From positions 620,001 to 684,000 of the forward strand of contig BROI01000017.1 in NCBI GenBank assembly GCA_027923505.1: DNA of 64,000 nt, read 5' to 3'. A program made the translations under genes and the position numbers. The notes below the pieces were generated by a model. It had not been told where the DNA came from and did not search any database. It saw nothing but the letters and a program-made list of their open reading frames with translations. Below are positions 37,578 through 51,047 of this stretch, piece after piece. The first letter of the stretch is position 1; the number at the start of each line of letters is the position of its first letter. Source of the stretch: Mayamaea pseudoterrestris (Eukaryota).

Positions 37578-40500
37578 CTCCCCCTCAGGTACGCTGCTCA
37601 ATCGTAGCCACATTTTCACAATCGCTGTTCGGAAAACAATACTGGCTAGCAGTAGCATGCATCACAGTGCGGCAGGTACTTCGTCAGTCGTCCGCAATGT
37701 TCTCCTTTCCGTCAATCTTCACAAACTTGATAATCCGCAGCCTTTGCCCAACGGACACGATGGTAGGCCAACGCATTGTGTCGCTTGGACAATGTCGAAC
37801 TCAGGATTGTAGATTTTCACTTTCTTGGTTTTCCGTACATCCAGGCAGACTTTAATAGTGCGCCTAGCCATGAGCGATGCGCGTGAAATGCTGATATCAC
37901 GTTCCTCTTTCTACGCCCGAATTCCGATCGAGAAGGTCGCAGTCTCGACTGTAGCCTGGGTTTGCAGTGCCAGTCGACAGGCGTCTGGTTGACAAATGGT
38001 AAAACTCAGCTTAATGACTTGCCTGTCACCATGCAATGCATGAGACACGCATCCACCGAAAGTTGATGTTCGCACAGTCACCCTTGGGTAGGCGTAACAT
38101 CTCATCAACTCCGTCCTTCGTAAACGCTGCGCTCCCAATCTTGTTCCTCCATGGTGGAAGTGCTCCTCGTTGGCTGGCCACTTCGTCGCGGAAACGGATT
38201 GCTGCGTCGGTAACTCTCGCAAATACTCGCGCTTCACCCACTGCAGGTGTCGCTGCGCGGCTCCACACGGAATCGCGACAGACTTGCTACACGCAATGTC
38301 AAATTAGTAATTGCCCACTGAAGTGCCGACTAGAGACTGGTAAATCTTCTTCTCTTGGTCGTTCATTAGCTTTTGGTCAAGTTCTGGATGATCGTGCGTC
38401 GATTGTTGATGAATAGCTTCTTCAGGACCTTCAAACAAGCGCTCGTACTGCGCCAAGAGTTTCTGCGTGGGTCTTGCCGACCAGTAAAGAAGTTCGTCGG
38501 GAATCTCGTCCAAAGTCACCGCCGAGATGATACTCGGGATGTCCAACACCTTTGAGCTTAAACTTGTACTTCTCCTCTAGCATCTTGAAGACGCTGCTGG
38601 ATCGTCTGAAATATTCAACAGTGTGAGCCAGCACAGAGGTAGTCATAGCTGTCGCCGGCGTCCTTGATCCACAAATCGGAATGGCAATAGGACGGCTTCC
38701 ACCCTTCCGCAAGTAGGGTGTTGGCTAAGCGTTCGTGAAATCGTGCTCCGCTCGTTCGCAATCCATACAAAGCCTTGATGATGACCAGGATGTGTCCTTC
38801 GCGCTCCCGATCGGGGCCTCCAACGAAGTATACCTTCTCCTTGTTGAGCGGCTTCTAAGCATTCCCAATGTCACCAACCATCTTCTTGCCGTTCGCTTCT
38901 CCAATGACGAGAGCTAAGACGCATTGCCTTCAATGAGATAACACTGGAGTAGGCATCGTCGTTGTCTTTTCGTCAGGTGACGCCTGCAGCGAGACGTGCC
39001 TTGTATGCAAATCGTGCTTGACATCGTACACAAAATGAACTCGGATCTTTTGGTAACCAGTTGGTGGTGTTGTGGTGGAACTCGGACCGAGATCTTGAAA
39101 CGTCTCGTTTTCGTCCAGGTTATAAGCTCTCCGCCTTCCGCATCCGTCCACTTTGTGTGCCCTGCTTCCTGCAAACATCGCGCTTCCTTCCAATCTCGAG
39201 GTGCAGACTCCAAACTTGTAGCGCGGTCCGTTCTTCTGCTGCTTCCACATTCGGGCGATCGCCACGCCGCGCACTTCTTGGCGTTGGGCCCATTGATTCA
39301 ACGATGCCCATCCGTCCTTGTCAAGATTATGCTTTTGCGCGTAGGCTGCCACTGATACTTTGTAAGCTTTCGATCATCGCGTTGAGAGGCTCCCAAGTCT
39401 TGGATCCATCGTCCCCATTGCACAAGGACGTTCCACTTGGAGTGCTTCCAGTTCTTCGACTTGCTTTCGTCAGCGGACTAGTGGTCTAGAATCTCTTTGA
39501 AGAACCATTTTACGCTCAGGATTCTTATGTCTTGGTTCACGCCGGCCTCGTAGAATCGGAAACCTCGACATATGACATGACTTCCTCCGCTTTCGCCGTT
39601 ACCAAGCTTCAGCATCATTTTAATGTTCTGATGGTTCTGCTTTGTCCTTGATTTGTTCAACGCTCATGGCCGGTCGCTCGAACTACTTGCCCGTCGTCCG
39701 TCTTCCGAGGAAACGACTTGCCGATAAGTTCATCGGGTGCATACTTCGGTTGCGCCACGGATTGATGTTCTTCTTCTTCTGACTTGTAAATGAGTCGTCA
39801 TCGACTTGAGTTTGAATCTTCCTCCCGTGTTATGATGTCTTCGGTATTCCCCGTCTCAACTATAGAAATTATCGTCTTCGTCAGGAATGAAGAATCATCT
39901 GCTGTCGGCGGTAATCTTCTTGATCATTTCCGGCATAAGGATCACCAGCCACCTAGACCAGGTGCGGTATAGAACGCGGCTCCTTCTTTCATGACTGGGA
40001 AGCAGGTGCCGTGCGAAGGTTCAAAAATTGGGGTCGTTTCGGGAGTAAGCAAACCGATCCGTCATGATGTCTCGTGTGTCTTGCAATCGCAGATGAAGTA
40101 CGTCAGGTCATCTCGCTGCGTCGTGTTGGGACCAAGCCGATGCGCCCGCTCCGGGTACCGACATCCTTGACACAAAGTAGTACAATTTCAAACCAACGAA
40201 AATGCAAATACTCGCCGTTGGGGCGTTTGATAAACTCATGGGAGCTTGCCGTCAAAGGCAGGATGCGACAAATGACGGTACATCTCGGTCTGGAAGAGTA
40301 AAGCGCGTAGCCAGAAGCATGCCAGTGCCCGTTCGGTCGTATGACTTTTCCTTTCCGCCCAATGGCGCTCGGCTGGATTTTGATTCTGATAGTACGGCTC
40401 CGATGTATGGCGGCGGCGGAATATGACTTCGCGCTTTGACTCATCGCTTCTTTCGCATTGAAACTTCCGCGAGACTTCAAACTCGCCGGATGAAATCACG

Positions 40501-43500
40501 GTGTTTTGGTACGTCACTTTTCGCTGGGGACTGACTGTGACAACCATAGAAAGCTGCATGTGCACCACTGCATAATCGTCGATATGGTCATCCATGGCAG
40601 GTTCGTCGAGAAGAACATGGTGTCATGGGCCACTCGTACTAGGCGGTACGTCTCTTCCCGATGCTTCGTGGGGGTAGGCTCGTGCATGTTGAACGCGTGC
40701 TATGCGCAGAAACCATATGATGTCGTCTGCGCCAGGTACCATGCAAGTTCGGCATCAATGCGCCGATATCGGTTCCTTTGGCAGGATAGACTTGTAGGGC
40801 TGATAGGCGAGATCCGCGTTGTACTGTACGACGGCACAAACATTCAGCTCCTTCTCGGTGTAAACAGGTTGATTGTCGTGTCGAGATTCGTATAAGTCAC
40901 GTTGCTCTGACGATGGGTGCGATTCCGTACGAGCATGTCACGCGCGTGAAGCTCTTCGTTCACTGTCTTCGTCTTCGTCGGCGCGACAACAAGTCCGGTA
41001 CGTCGTTCGTCGTCATCATCATCCGAAGAGTCATAGTCGTCGTCCTTGGTGCTGAGCGTCAAACTCATCGGATCCCAAGGCCCATGAAGGTCATCATGAC
41101 CCAGGTAAGGTATGGAGCTCATGCGCCGACACTGGAAACGATGGCAAGGTCGCCATGCGCTTTCCATTCCGAGCATAAACTTGTATCCATCTGGCGTTTC
41201 GATTCGTAACGCAAAGTTGTAATGCTTGTTGTTGCCTTGAAGTCCGAAGGCTTCCATCTGCATACTTGAATGAATCATCTTGCGGTTAGAATATGCGTAA
41301 TTATGGAACTCATATGACCCAACCTTAGTGCTCTTAAGCTTGGCGACTGCTGTGACGGTAGACAAGTCCGGAAGTTGAGACCACCAACTCCAGTGACTTC
41401 AATCTTGTGGAACTTGTCCTCATTGGAGATGCGACGTCCGCTCCCCATACTCCGCCACTCGCGCGCGATCGACAGTCGACGCTGAATGCTTATCAAGTCA
41501 ATGCCAGCGACTTTGGCATTTGCGACTCACAGGCAATATTTGCTCCCAGGTCGTAGTCGTGAGCTGGTCTGGACCCTAAGAAACTTTGCATCGCTGAGCC
41601 ACCGTGTTGTAATCCTCGGATGTTGGACTCGGTACGCCAATGAGAAAGCGATGCATCACTTTGCGCGAGTGAGTAGTCGGCTGGTTCTCCGCAAGAGTAA
41701 CACGTCTAGTCGTGGTTGGATTGACAGCTGCAGCAGCAGAGTTGTCGGGCGCGTTGGCGGGCGCGTTGGGCGCGTCGGAAACCGTCGGAGGATTGACAAA
41801 CTTGCGATTGCAAGTGAGCAGGTCTTCATAGAAGTAGAGTTTCATGTTGATGGTGGCTTTGGTTGCTTTGGAGATACTGTGGAGAGAGTAGTCGCTGTTG
41901 GTTATACTGTTGATCGGTCGGCCGAAGAAAAGTGAAACGAGAGGTGAAGGTGCGCCGGTGTCAGTTTTTCGTGGTACAGTTCCTACGTGAGGTTTGTCCT
42001 TCGTCGGGTTGTCGTCGGGCAAAATGAGCCTATGCTGTAACTTGGCGGGATCTTGGTCGTTTTCGATATTTCTTGATTATAATGATCAAATTATAGTGGT
42101 TGATGATGATTCAGGTCATTTGAACTATGTTAACTGTGATATAGATGGCGTGCGACGTCGTTCAGGAGGTTCCAAAACTGGGTGTACGCCATCGGGTTGC
42201 CGGTCTTGGACTCTTCGATCAGCGCCATGTTCACCGCCGCTGCCATATCCGCATGGCGGAAAACCGCGCGTTCCAAAATCTGACGCTTCGTGCTTGCTGT
42301 AAGTAGCTCGGTTTCCTCGGCGTAGTCATTGTAGTTCTCTTCCTTGCTGGACCACTGGATGAGCCAATTGACGAGAGATTTGGCGTAACTCGCATCGAGA
42401 GTGAAATTGCGCCATTCGTCTTTGGCCGAACGTAGATCCAACTTGCGCGCCATCCCGTCGAGAAATGTCGCCTCCAACTCTGCAATGCACGCTGAGGCAT
42501 TCGCGCTGTCGATGTGCTTGCGGACAATGAGCTTGCTCTGCGGTGTCTTGCAGGTATACTCGAGCGCCGCTAAAAGCTTCGAACACTGATACTGATACTC
42601 GGCGAATTCGGGCTCGAGTGCAGCTGGTGCCTTGAACTCGTCGTCCCAAAAGTAGCCAAGTCGCTTCGCATGCGGTTCTTGAAGGCCCGCCAGTAGGAGT
42701 AGAACTTGCGATCGTTCTTGAGCTCCAGCATGGTCTTCAGATCCAGCTTGATGTCGTGTCGTTTCGTCGTGGTGTCGTTGCCTCCGATAACGCTAAAGTC
42801 TCCGAAACTGCGGTTGCCTGCTGTCGGTGACCCCGGCGCTTGGTGCTCTTAAGCTTGGCGACTGCTGTGACGGTAGACAGGTCCGGAAGTTTGAGACCAC
42901 CGACTCCAGTGACTTCAATCTTGTGGAACTTGTCCTCGGTAAGGATGCGGCCGTCCGCTCCCCATACTCCGCCACTCGCGCCGCGATCGACAGTCGATGC
43001 TGAATGCTTATCCAAGTCAATGCTCGCGACTTTGTACTTGCGACTCTGAGCGATATTCGCTCCCCGAGTCGTAGTCGTGGGCTGGTCTGGACCTAAGAAA
43101 CTTCGCATCGCTGAGCCACGGCTGGTGTTGTTCACACGCTTGGTCGCCGCACTCGCCGTCGTTGCCGCTGATGAAGTGGCTGCGACGTTTGCGTTGCGTG
43201 TTGTACTCGTCGTCTGCGTGGTGCCTGCCTGTGTTGCTGATGTCGAACCACCTGCAGCACTGGCCGCTCGACTCGTACCACGGCGTTCAAACACTTCATG
43301 TTGCTGATCGCGGGTAAGGAGTCGCCACGTGTTTGGTGGTATCGTCGCATTCACGTCGCTGGGAATTTCGATCGTCTTCGTGTCGGCATAGCTGCGAACA
43401 TACGAACGAGTATCTCCCCGACCGCGGCCGCCGCCGCCTCGTCCCGTGCTCAAGTCGCCGCGACCACCGCCCCCCTGATTGGACTGCTGATTGTTGCTGC

Positions 43501-44695
43501 TACTTGGCGTAGACTGGGAATTGTTCGCACTTGCCTTCTTCGTCTTCTCCTTCTCTTTCTTGGTCTGCTCAGATTGGTTCGCCTGACGCTTCTCGGTCTC
43601 CTTGATGCCACGACGATTGTCAGATTGACGTGCGACGTCGTTCAGGAGGTTCCAAAACTGGGTGTACGCCATCGGGTTGCCGGTCTTGGACTCTTCGATC
43701 AGCGCCATGTTCACCGCCGCTGCCATATCCGCATGGCGGAAAACCGCGCGTTCCAAAATCTGACGCTTCGTGCTTGCTGTAAGTAGCTCGGTTTCCTCGG
43801 CGTAGTCATTGTAGTTCTCTTCCTTGCTGGACCACTGGATGAGCCAATTGACGAGAGATTTGGGCTAGAGTGAAATTGCGCCATTCGTCTTTTGGCCAAC
43901 GAAGAGATCAACTTGCGCGCATCCCGTCGAGAAATGCCGCCTCAACTCTGCAATGCACGCTGAGGCATTCGCGCTGTCGATGTGCTTGCGGACAATGAGC
44001 TTGCTCTGCGGTGTCTTGCAGGTATACTCGGCCGCTAAAAGCCGAACAAACACTGATACTGATCTCGGCTTCCGGGCTCGAGTGCACTGGAACTCGACGT
44101 CCAAGTCGCTCGCTTCGCATGCGGTTCTTGAAGGCCCGCCAGTAGGAGTAGAACTTGCGATCGTTCTTGAGCTCCAGCATGGTCTTCAGATCCAGCTTGA
44201 TGTCGTGTCGTTTCGTCGTGGTGTCGTTGCCTCCGATAACGCTAAAGTCTCCGAAACTGCGGTTGCCTGCTGTCGGTGACCCCGGCGCTACTGGGAGGTC
44301 TCGGCTCGTAATCTGGTCTTTCTCCAAGTCTTGCCATTGCGCAGTCGTCCGACGTTGCTCGTGAATCCAACTCATGAGCTTGCGCAATCGGCTTGTTCGT
44401 ATCGTCGACCACTGGTACTGGGTCTTAATGTTTGTCACGTCTTGTTCCGACAGCTCGGCCATCGCCTCCGCAGTCGTGAGTTCCTCTTGCTCGAAACACA
44501 CTGCGGTAGGGTCGTTTGGATCCCAAGTTGCGGATGCTGCGAGCCACGGAATGTCGAAGACTTTACCGACGGCACGCTTGTAGGTCGTTACATCAATCGT
44601 CGCCATGTTGGAGGTTGATCAGAGGAATCGGACTCGCTGCAGACGAATGTGTCACGATAGCTCCCTCGCTCGTTCTCGCTCTCAAAGCACTGAAA

Positions 44696-45098
44696 TGTTA
44701 ATCTAACACCGTTGACGATTTCGCAGTCAACGTCTTACCTCCAAAAAGCTCCGATACAGGGTCCTTGGCCACGGTCTGTACAGCTCTTGATGGAGATGGC
44801 TCGTCGAATAGTCTTGCGCTCGCCACTACACGAATACGACTGCACTCTCGTCGCAGACTAGTAGTTCTATATTGTGAGCTTATCGCTACATCGCTACATC
44901 GACCACTCGGAAGATCATCCGATCAATCCGTTTCTTTCAATCACATTCCATCAGTCGTAACTGGTCGTTCCATTCATACAACGCATCCACACGACGGTTG
45001 CGCATTTTCTTCATTCACATGTCACATACGACAGCTGCGGACTCGACACAAGCTAATTAGGGTTCGGGCTCTTGACTTCGCCGCTCTGCGACTTGTCA
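44696..45098 (-). repeat. 5' LTR of element 2 (TGACA...TAACA)
   Basis: Direct repeat of 37197-37577, lying just upstream of the gag ATG at 44606. Confidence 0.88.
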
Positions 45099-48000
45099 GC
45101 CGAGCACGTTGATGAAATTCATAAGCGAACGAGGCGCTCCACTCGAGCTCTTCTCTGACTGCGCTAAGGAAGCTTGCAGCAAGGAAGTTGAGGAAATCCT
45201 TCGTATGATGATGATTCGGCGTCATAAACGAAGCGAGCCATACCAACAGAACCAAGATCCCGCGGAGCGCGCCATTGGCGACGTCGAGCGCCAAGTGAAT
45301 GTCGTCATGGATCGTACTGGGACACCAGCTCCATTCTGGTTGCTTTGTACGCTGTACATTGCGAGTCTCTTTTGCGTTATTTCCCAAGCTTCTTTACAAG
45401 GGAAGACTGCCTTTCAGCATACTACTGGCCAAGTCCCAGACATTTCGCCATACTTGAATTTCCATTGGTGGGAGCGTGTATCTTTCCTTGACGACAATCC
45501 CGACAAGATGACTGATAGCATGCAACGCGCTGGTCGTTTTGTTGGCGTTGCAAAGGATGTGGGCGACCATTTAACTTATTGGATCCTTGATGAGGAGACG
45601 ATGAAGGTCATTCCTCGGTCTGTTGTTGCAAAGCGCGACGATCCTGCAAACCCCAATCTCCGGCTCGATACGCCGACTGTTTCTGCTACTGCAGATGGGG
45701 AGGCATTCGTTTACACGCAAGACGGCATCATTGAAGCATTTAACTTGAGTGATAAAGACGAAGAGTCTCCAGTAACAGACAGCGGCGAGCGCTCCCCGGG
45801 TGAAACCGTCGAGAGCGACGAGTCGAGCAATCCTTCGAGCAATCCTAATCGTCCTCAAACTCGATCACAAACTAAAGCAAATCCTTCTCCAAGCAATCGC
45901 CCCAAGTTGCCTTACTTTTCACCTGAAGATTTGATTGATCGGTCCTTTCTATACGACGCTCCAAACAGGCAACGCCTTCGAGCCGTCGTCAAACGCAAGC
46001 TAGACACGTTGGACGCTCAGAATCATCAAAACATTAAGTTCCTTTTGCATCTTGGTAAAGAAGAAGCGGAGGAGGTGATTGATTACGTTAAATTGAACGA
46101 CATCTTCGAGGCTCTTGTGCTGGATGAGGTAGCTAACCCTCAAGCGTGGCCGACTTACAAAGAAATCCTTTCCCACGCTGGTCCGTACACAAACCGGTCC
46201 CCTGAGTGGCGTGGAAGCAAGTTTAACGTGTTGGTATTATGGGACGATGGCGAGGTAAAATGGGAGCCATTGAATCAATTTGGCAAAGATGATCCCGTAA
46301 GCTGCGCCGACTATGCTCGAGACCATGGGCTGCTTGAGACGGATGGATGGAAGTTTCTGCAGAAGCATGCGAGGCGAGACAAGCTCCTTAAGCGCAAGAT
46401 CAAAGCAGCGAAGTCAGCTCAATCAAAACGCGGTCCACGCTACAAGTTTGGCGTCCGTATCCCTCGCGACTGGCGTGAAGCTCGTTCCTTTCAAGAGGAA
46501 GCTGGCCATACCAAGTGGACTGATGCGGAGCAAGTTGAAATTGACAATCTATTTGAGTACGATACGTTTAAAGACCTCGGTAAAGGCGACAAGCAACCGA
46601 AGGGGCATCAAAAGATCCGCACCATTTGGGTCTACGATTGCAAACATGACTTTCGCCATCGAGCAAGGATGGTGGCTGGAGGGCACTTGACGCCCGAGGC
46701 AGACGATGCTTACTCGAGCGTCGTATCATTGGAGATTATGCGCTACGCGTTGGTGATTGGAGAGCTGAATGGACTCAAGCCCATGGTCGGCGACATCGGC
46801 AATGCGTATCTCGAGGCGTACACTAAAGAGAAAGTTTATTTCGTCGCTGGTCCTGAGTTCGGCCATCTTGAAGGGCATTCCCTGCTCATTGTCAAAGCTC
46901 TATACGGTCTGCGAACTAGCGGAGCTCGTTTCCATGAGCGTCTAGCCGATGCTCTGCGTGACGAAGGATTCAAACCTTCGCTGGCGGATCCCGACCTGTG
47001 GTTGCGAGACACTGGCGATTGCTACGAGTATATATGCGTCTGGGTTGACGACTTGCTTGCCATTCTGAAGGATCCAGAGGCGTTTTACGAGGCGCTGCGC
47101 AGCAAGTATCAGTTCAAATTGAAAGGCGTCGGGCAACCCGAGTATCATCTTGGAGGCAACCGTCCGGTACGCTGATCCTGATGGCACGCTTGGCGACCGG
47201 TGGTAAGCTTCGGCAATTACGAGCGCATGTTTGGCGGTCCTCCAAAGAAGTATTCTTCGCCGCTCGACAAGGACGACCATCCTGATTTAGAGCGCGCGCT
47301 GGAGCGCAGAGCTCGCCGATTGCTGCGCGCCGATGGAGTCAAGATGTCTTGCGGATCCTTTCATATCGGAGCAGTGATCGAGCCTGTAGGGCATCTTGAT
47401 AGAGCGTTCGTGGCTACGCGTGATCATCCTGACGCTGCGATTCGCTTCCGATTCTGGCCTGGGCAATCAGCATTGGAGAGCAACCCGAGTTTGGATTGGA
47501 TGTAAGCGTCCGCGGAGGATGAGCTTGCTTTATATCCTCCACCAAAGGGAAGAATGGTGCGTCTGACGACATGGAAAGACGCCAATTTAATGCACTGCAA
47601 AGTAACTGGCAAATCTTGCAGCGGCATTCTTCATTTCATTAACCAAACGCCCGTCAAGTGGTTCTCCAAGTTACAAGATACAGTGGAGGCGGCAACGTTT
47701 GGATCTGAGTCAATGAGTGGACGCATTGCTACCGACCATATCATCGGGATGCGCGCGTCGCTCAAGGCGATGGGTGTGCCTATAGAGAAGACCAGCTGGA
47801 TGCTTGGAGACAACCAGTCGGTAATCACTCAAAGCACAGTCCCTAGCTCAACACTTACAAAGCGTCACAATGCTCTGGCCTACCATCGGATTCGCTGGGC
47901 GGTGGCGACTAAGGTAATCAAGTTCGTCAAGGTCGACGGTAAGGAAAACGTCGCAGACCCTCTGACCAAGTACATGAATTACACTGAGTCAATGCCTTTG

Positions 48001-48435
48001 ATCAAGCCTCTGTTATTCTGGAGAGGAGAGACTTTGATTGAAGGAGATTTGGGAGCTGGCAGCCGATCTGCTTAAGCGGAGTGTCAGCCGATTACATGAT
48101 TGAATACTCGAATGCTCTTGTCGCATGCGACATGAGCTATACATCAATACCTGGCTCGTGTGTGAATCGCCTGTTAATTAAGGACGATCGCCTGTTGGAT
48201 CTATTCAACGGGAGCACATGGACAGTTACATACAAAATTAGCGGACGCTACAGGATTAGCAGACTGTAGCGGGTAACTCACTTTCTATAGTATCACGTTG
48301 TTTTACCGACGTTGTAGATTGTGCCTCTTGCAATACGAGAGCAGTAAAGGAGAAGTGCACATCTCTGGTCTGCTTAAGGATTGTACAGAGGATTGAAGAC
48401 CACTGTCGAGCATCTTGCAAAGAGGCCGTGTGACA
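45099..48435 (+). mobile_element. Ty1/copia (CoDi-like) element 3, 5'-truncated (partial integrase, RT, RNase H, 3' LTR)
   Basis: ORF 45109-47175 (SEPYQQNQDPAER, GRFVGVA, ARMVAGGH, ALYGLRTSG, WVDD) and ORF 47554-48075 (VEAATFGSE, ENVADPLTK). Confidence 0.93.
48082..48435 (+). repeat. Putative 3' LTR of element 3
   Basis: Starts TGTCA just after the pol stop and a purine-rich tract, and ends TGACA (perfect 5-bp terminal inverted repeat). No second copy in the window to confirm it. Confidence 0.65.
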
Positions 48436-48616
48436 TACCGGTACCGTAGGCTGGGGCAGATCCATCGCCGGAGTGACGTACCGGTATACATTTCTACGTT
48501 CATTCCGCTTCATCCAACCCGGTAGCCGAAGATGGCTTGCAAAATTGATATCCAACTCATCAGCAAAAGTAATATAGAGCACCATATCGTCCACGCCAAG
48601 ACAAACGCAAAAGACC

Positions 48617-50409
48617 ATGGTATCATTACAGAAGACGCTCCTTTTGTTGGTGATGGCCACTCAGAAATTACTGATCTCGACAGCGCATCCATCTCACGAT
48701 GGCGCCAGCATCATCACTGTTGTCAAAAGCGATGATGTCGTTGAGAAAAATCCTTATTACGTCGAGCCTTTATCGTTTGATAGAGACGACGAAAAGCTAC
48801 AGTCTAGGGCAAAGGTAGATGCTGCGTTATCAAAAGCTAAACGAAACTCGAGCAGAAAGCGGCTTCGCAAGGTTTCCAAATTTATGAAGCGACATAGACG
48901 CACGATCCTTGTCACAATAGGTGTTTATGCATTTCGAAGAGAGATAAAACATGTTGGCTGGCAAATCATTTCAAAGTCAGTGCCTAATTCTGTGTCAAGC
49001 GAGATAACCAGGAAACTTTCATTCAATTTGAACCCAACGTCGATGCTGAAGATAGCTCTTTTCATCTCCGTCGTACGACAGCTCTCAATAAAAGGTGAGG
49101 GCGCTTCACCTGCGACAAAGATGCTTTTGGCAAGTGGAAAAGCTGGAAATCCGATATTATCGCTACTCATATCGTCGTTATTCGCGCCCTCCAACTCGGC
49201 CTATTTGCCGCCTGTCCAGCAGCACTTCACATTTGAATGCTTGAACGCTCGCTTTGAGAAGGATGGTATGGCTTTACAAAAAGCAATGGGCGCATCGCGA
49301 CCGCACTCTCCGATGGCAGGCCCAACATTAGTGTCGAGTCTGCTTACTGGGAACGTTATCAGCAAGCCTTATAACGGCACCATGATTGTGTTGGACTTAA
49401 CCGGGCTTGATGCGTCACTGAGCCAGCTCGACAGCATCCGAGACAGCGTTTCCTTTCTTTTGGACAAGAATGGAATCGCTGTTATAGAGATGCCCTTGTC
49501 CATGAAGGGCGGCGAAGCTCGGTCAGGTGATGCAAGGCTGGAGAGCCACGCCGCCGAATGTGAAATTGTTGTATTGCTGGAGTCTCCTGGAGGATCGCCG
49601 AGCGAGTACGCGATGGCGTCACAGCAGATCATACGCATGCGCAATCGCGGCATCAAAGTCACCGTCTGTGTTGACAAAGTGGCCGCTTCTGGTACGTCTT
49701 TGCTCAGTGGGGATCCGTGTGTGTACTTTATGACCTGGTATTTAACGTCCGTTTTTTATTTACTTTTATAGGAGGGTACATGATTGCCTGCACAGCCAGC
49801 CCAGGTCAGCTGTTTGCCGCTCCGTTTAGCATTATTGGCAGCATCGGAGTCGTTGGGCAAGTCGTGAATGTGCGCAAGACGCTAAAAGACTGGGGTGTCG
49901 ACCCTATAATTTTCCGTGCCGGTAAGGACAAGGCTCCCATTTCTGCTTTGGGTGAAGTTACAACGGAAGGTATCTCAGCAGTTCAAAACATTGTCGACAA
50001 TACCCACCGTGCCTTTAAGCGACACGTGGTTGAATCTCGACCTGTTCTCGGTGAGGTGATCGAAACAGTTGCCACGGGAGACATTTGGCTTGGATATGAT
50101 GCCTTTCATCATCAACTAATTGACAGAATAATTACCAGTGATGAGTACATTTCAGAGCGAATGAATGAAGGTGCCAGGGTGTTGCGTTTGGTCAGAATGC
50201 TTCCGGCGCGATATCCCTTCTTCCGCCCAACCATTGCACGCGGCGTTGGTACACGAACAGCGAGCTCGTCGCCAGCGCGGATGCTGTCTTACTTCCAAAG
50301 TATATTGAATCGGGTGGTGGATGTTATGGACAGCGTCGTTGGCACTGATTGTGAGGAGGAGAGTTTCTCAGCTTCTATCCAGGCAAATGTAGCAGCGGGA
50401 ATGAGATAG
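48617..50409 (+). CDS. Peptidase S49 (SohB/SppA-like), intron 49692-49771
   Basis: LESPGG, VCVDKVAASG|GYMIAC, APFSIIGSIGV and VATGDIWLG motifs. N-terminal signal-like peptide. Confidence 0.9.
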
Positions 50410-51047
50410 CCAACGTCAGACATAGAATGATCACCTGAAAAGGCTTTACATTTCGATCGTTGGCCTAGCCAATGTCATGTTACGTTGTTGACGCCATGGA
50501 GATCACATTGCCAAAACTTTGGTCCACAAACGATAGCTAGCGTCCGGAAGAGGTGCTGTCGTATCGAGACTCTATGCGACACGACTGCGACTTCAATAAG
50601 AAGCGCAATGAGAAGGGATAGCTGATCCCGGATCTGCCTATGCGAATCCTCCAAGAGACTCTTGAGATCCCGCAATCCCGAGAATGGATCTTTCTCGTCT
50701 GTAATATCATAGTCACAATAAACATAATAGCATCTCCATTACTGGATCGATCAGGTGCACAGGGATGCGCCGGCTCGCTCGTTGATTCGAAATTTGGCCA
50801 GCAGCCAACCAGCATTTTAAATAATTAGTCCAATCAAAGCGTGTCTTCGAGCCTGCCACGACTGCTGAATGTAAAGCCCTTCCTCGCGTGCGCATGACGC
50901 GAGCTCCCGCGATCGATCCCTGCCGAAGGAATGAATCGGACGAACTGCGCGCTGAGATGATTGGACCGAGCACCACATCGACGATCACTCTTCTCATCTT
51001 TCGAATAAAAGTCTAGGTTTGATTGCGACTGTGATCATTGGTTAGAG

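Larger units (their letters stand above)
37197..45098 (-). mobile_element. Ty1/copia (CoDi-like) LTR retrotransposon 2; two LTRs, frameshifted pol, duplicated gag-protease segment
   Basis: Direct repeats at both ends. gag-like ORFs 43908-44606 and 42737-43756, protease-like VDRGASGG, RT fragments GPRYKFGV and FKLKGVGHPEYHLGGDFGRD. PPT GAGGGGGAG at 37578-37586. Confidence 0.92.

Noticed and set aside
45094..48091. The 10-mer tgtcagccga at both 45094 and 48082
   Set aside because: Half of it is the generic LTR terminus and the match does not extend.
50470..51000. Short overlapping ORFs between the S49 and phosphoesterase genes
   Set aside because: No recognisable motif or convincing splice model.
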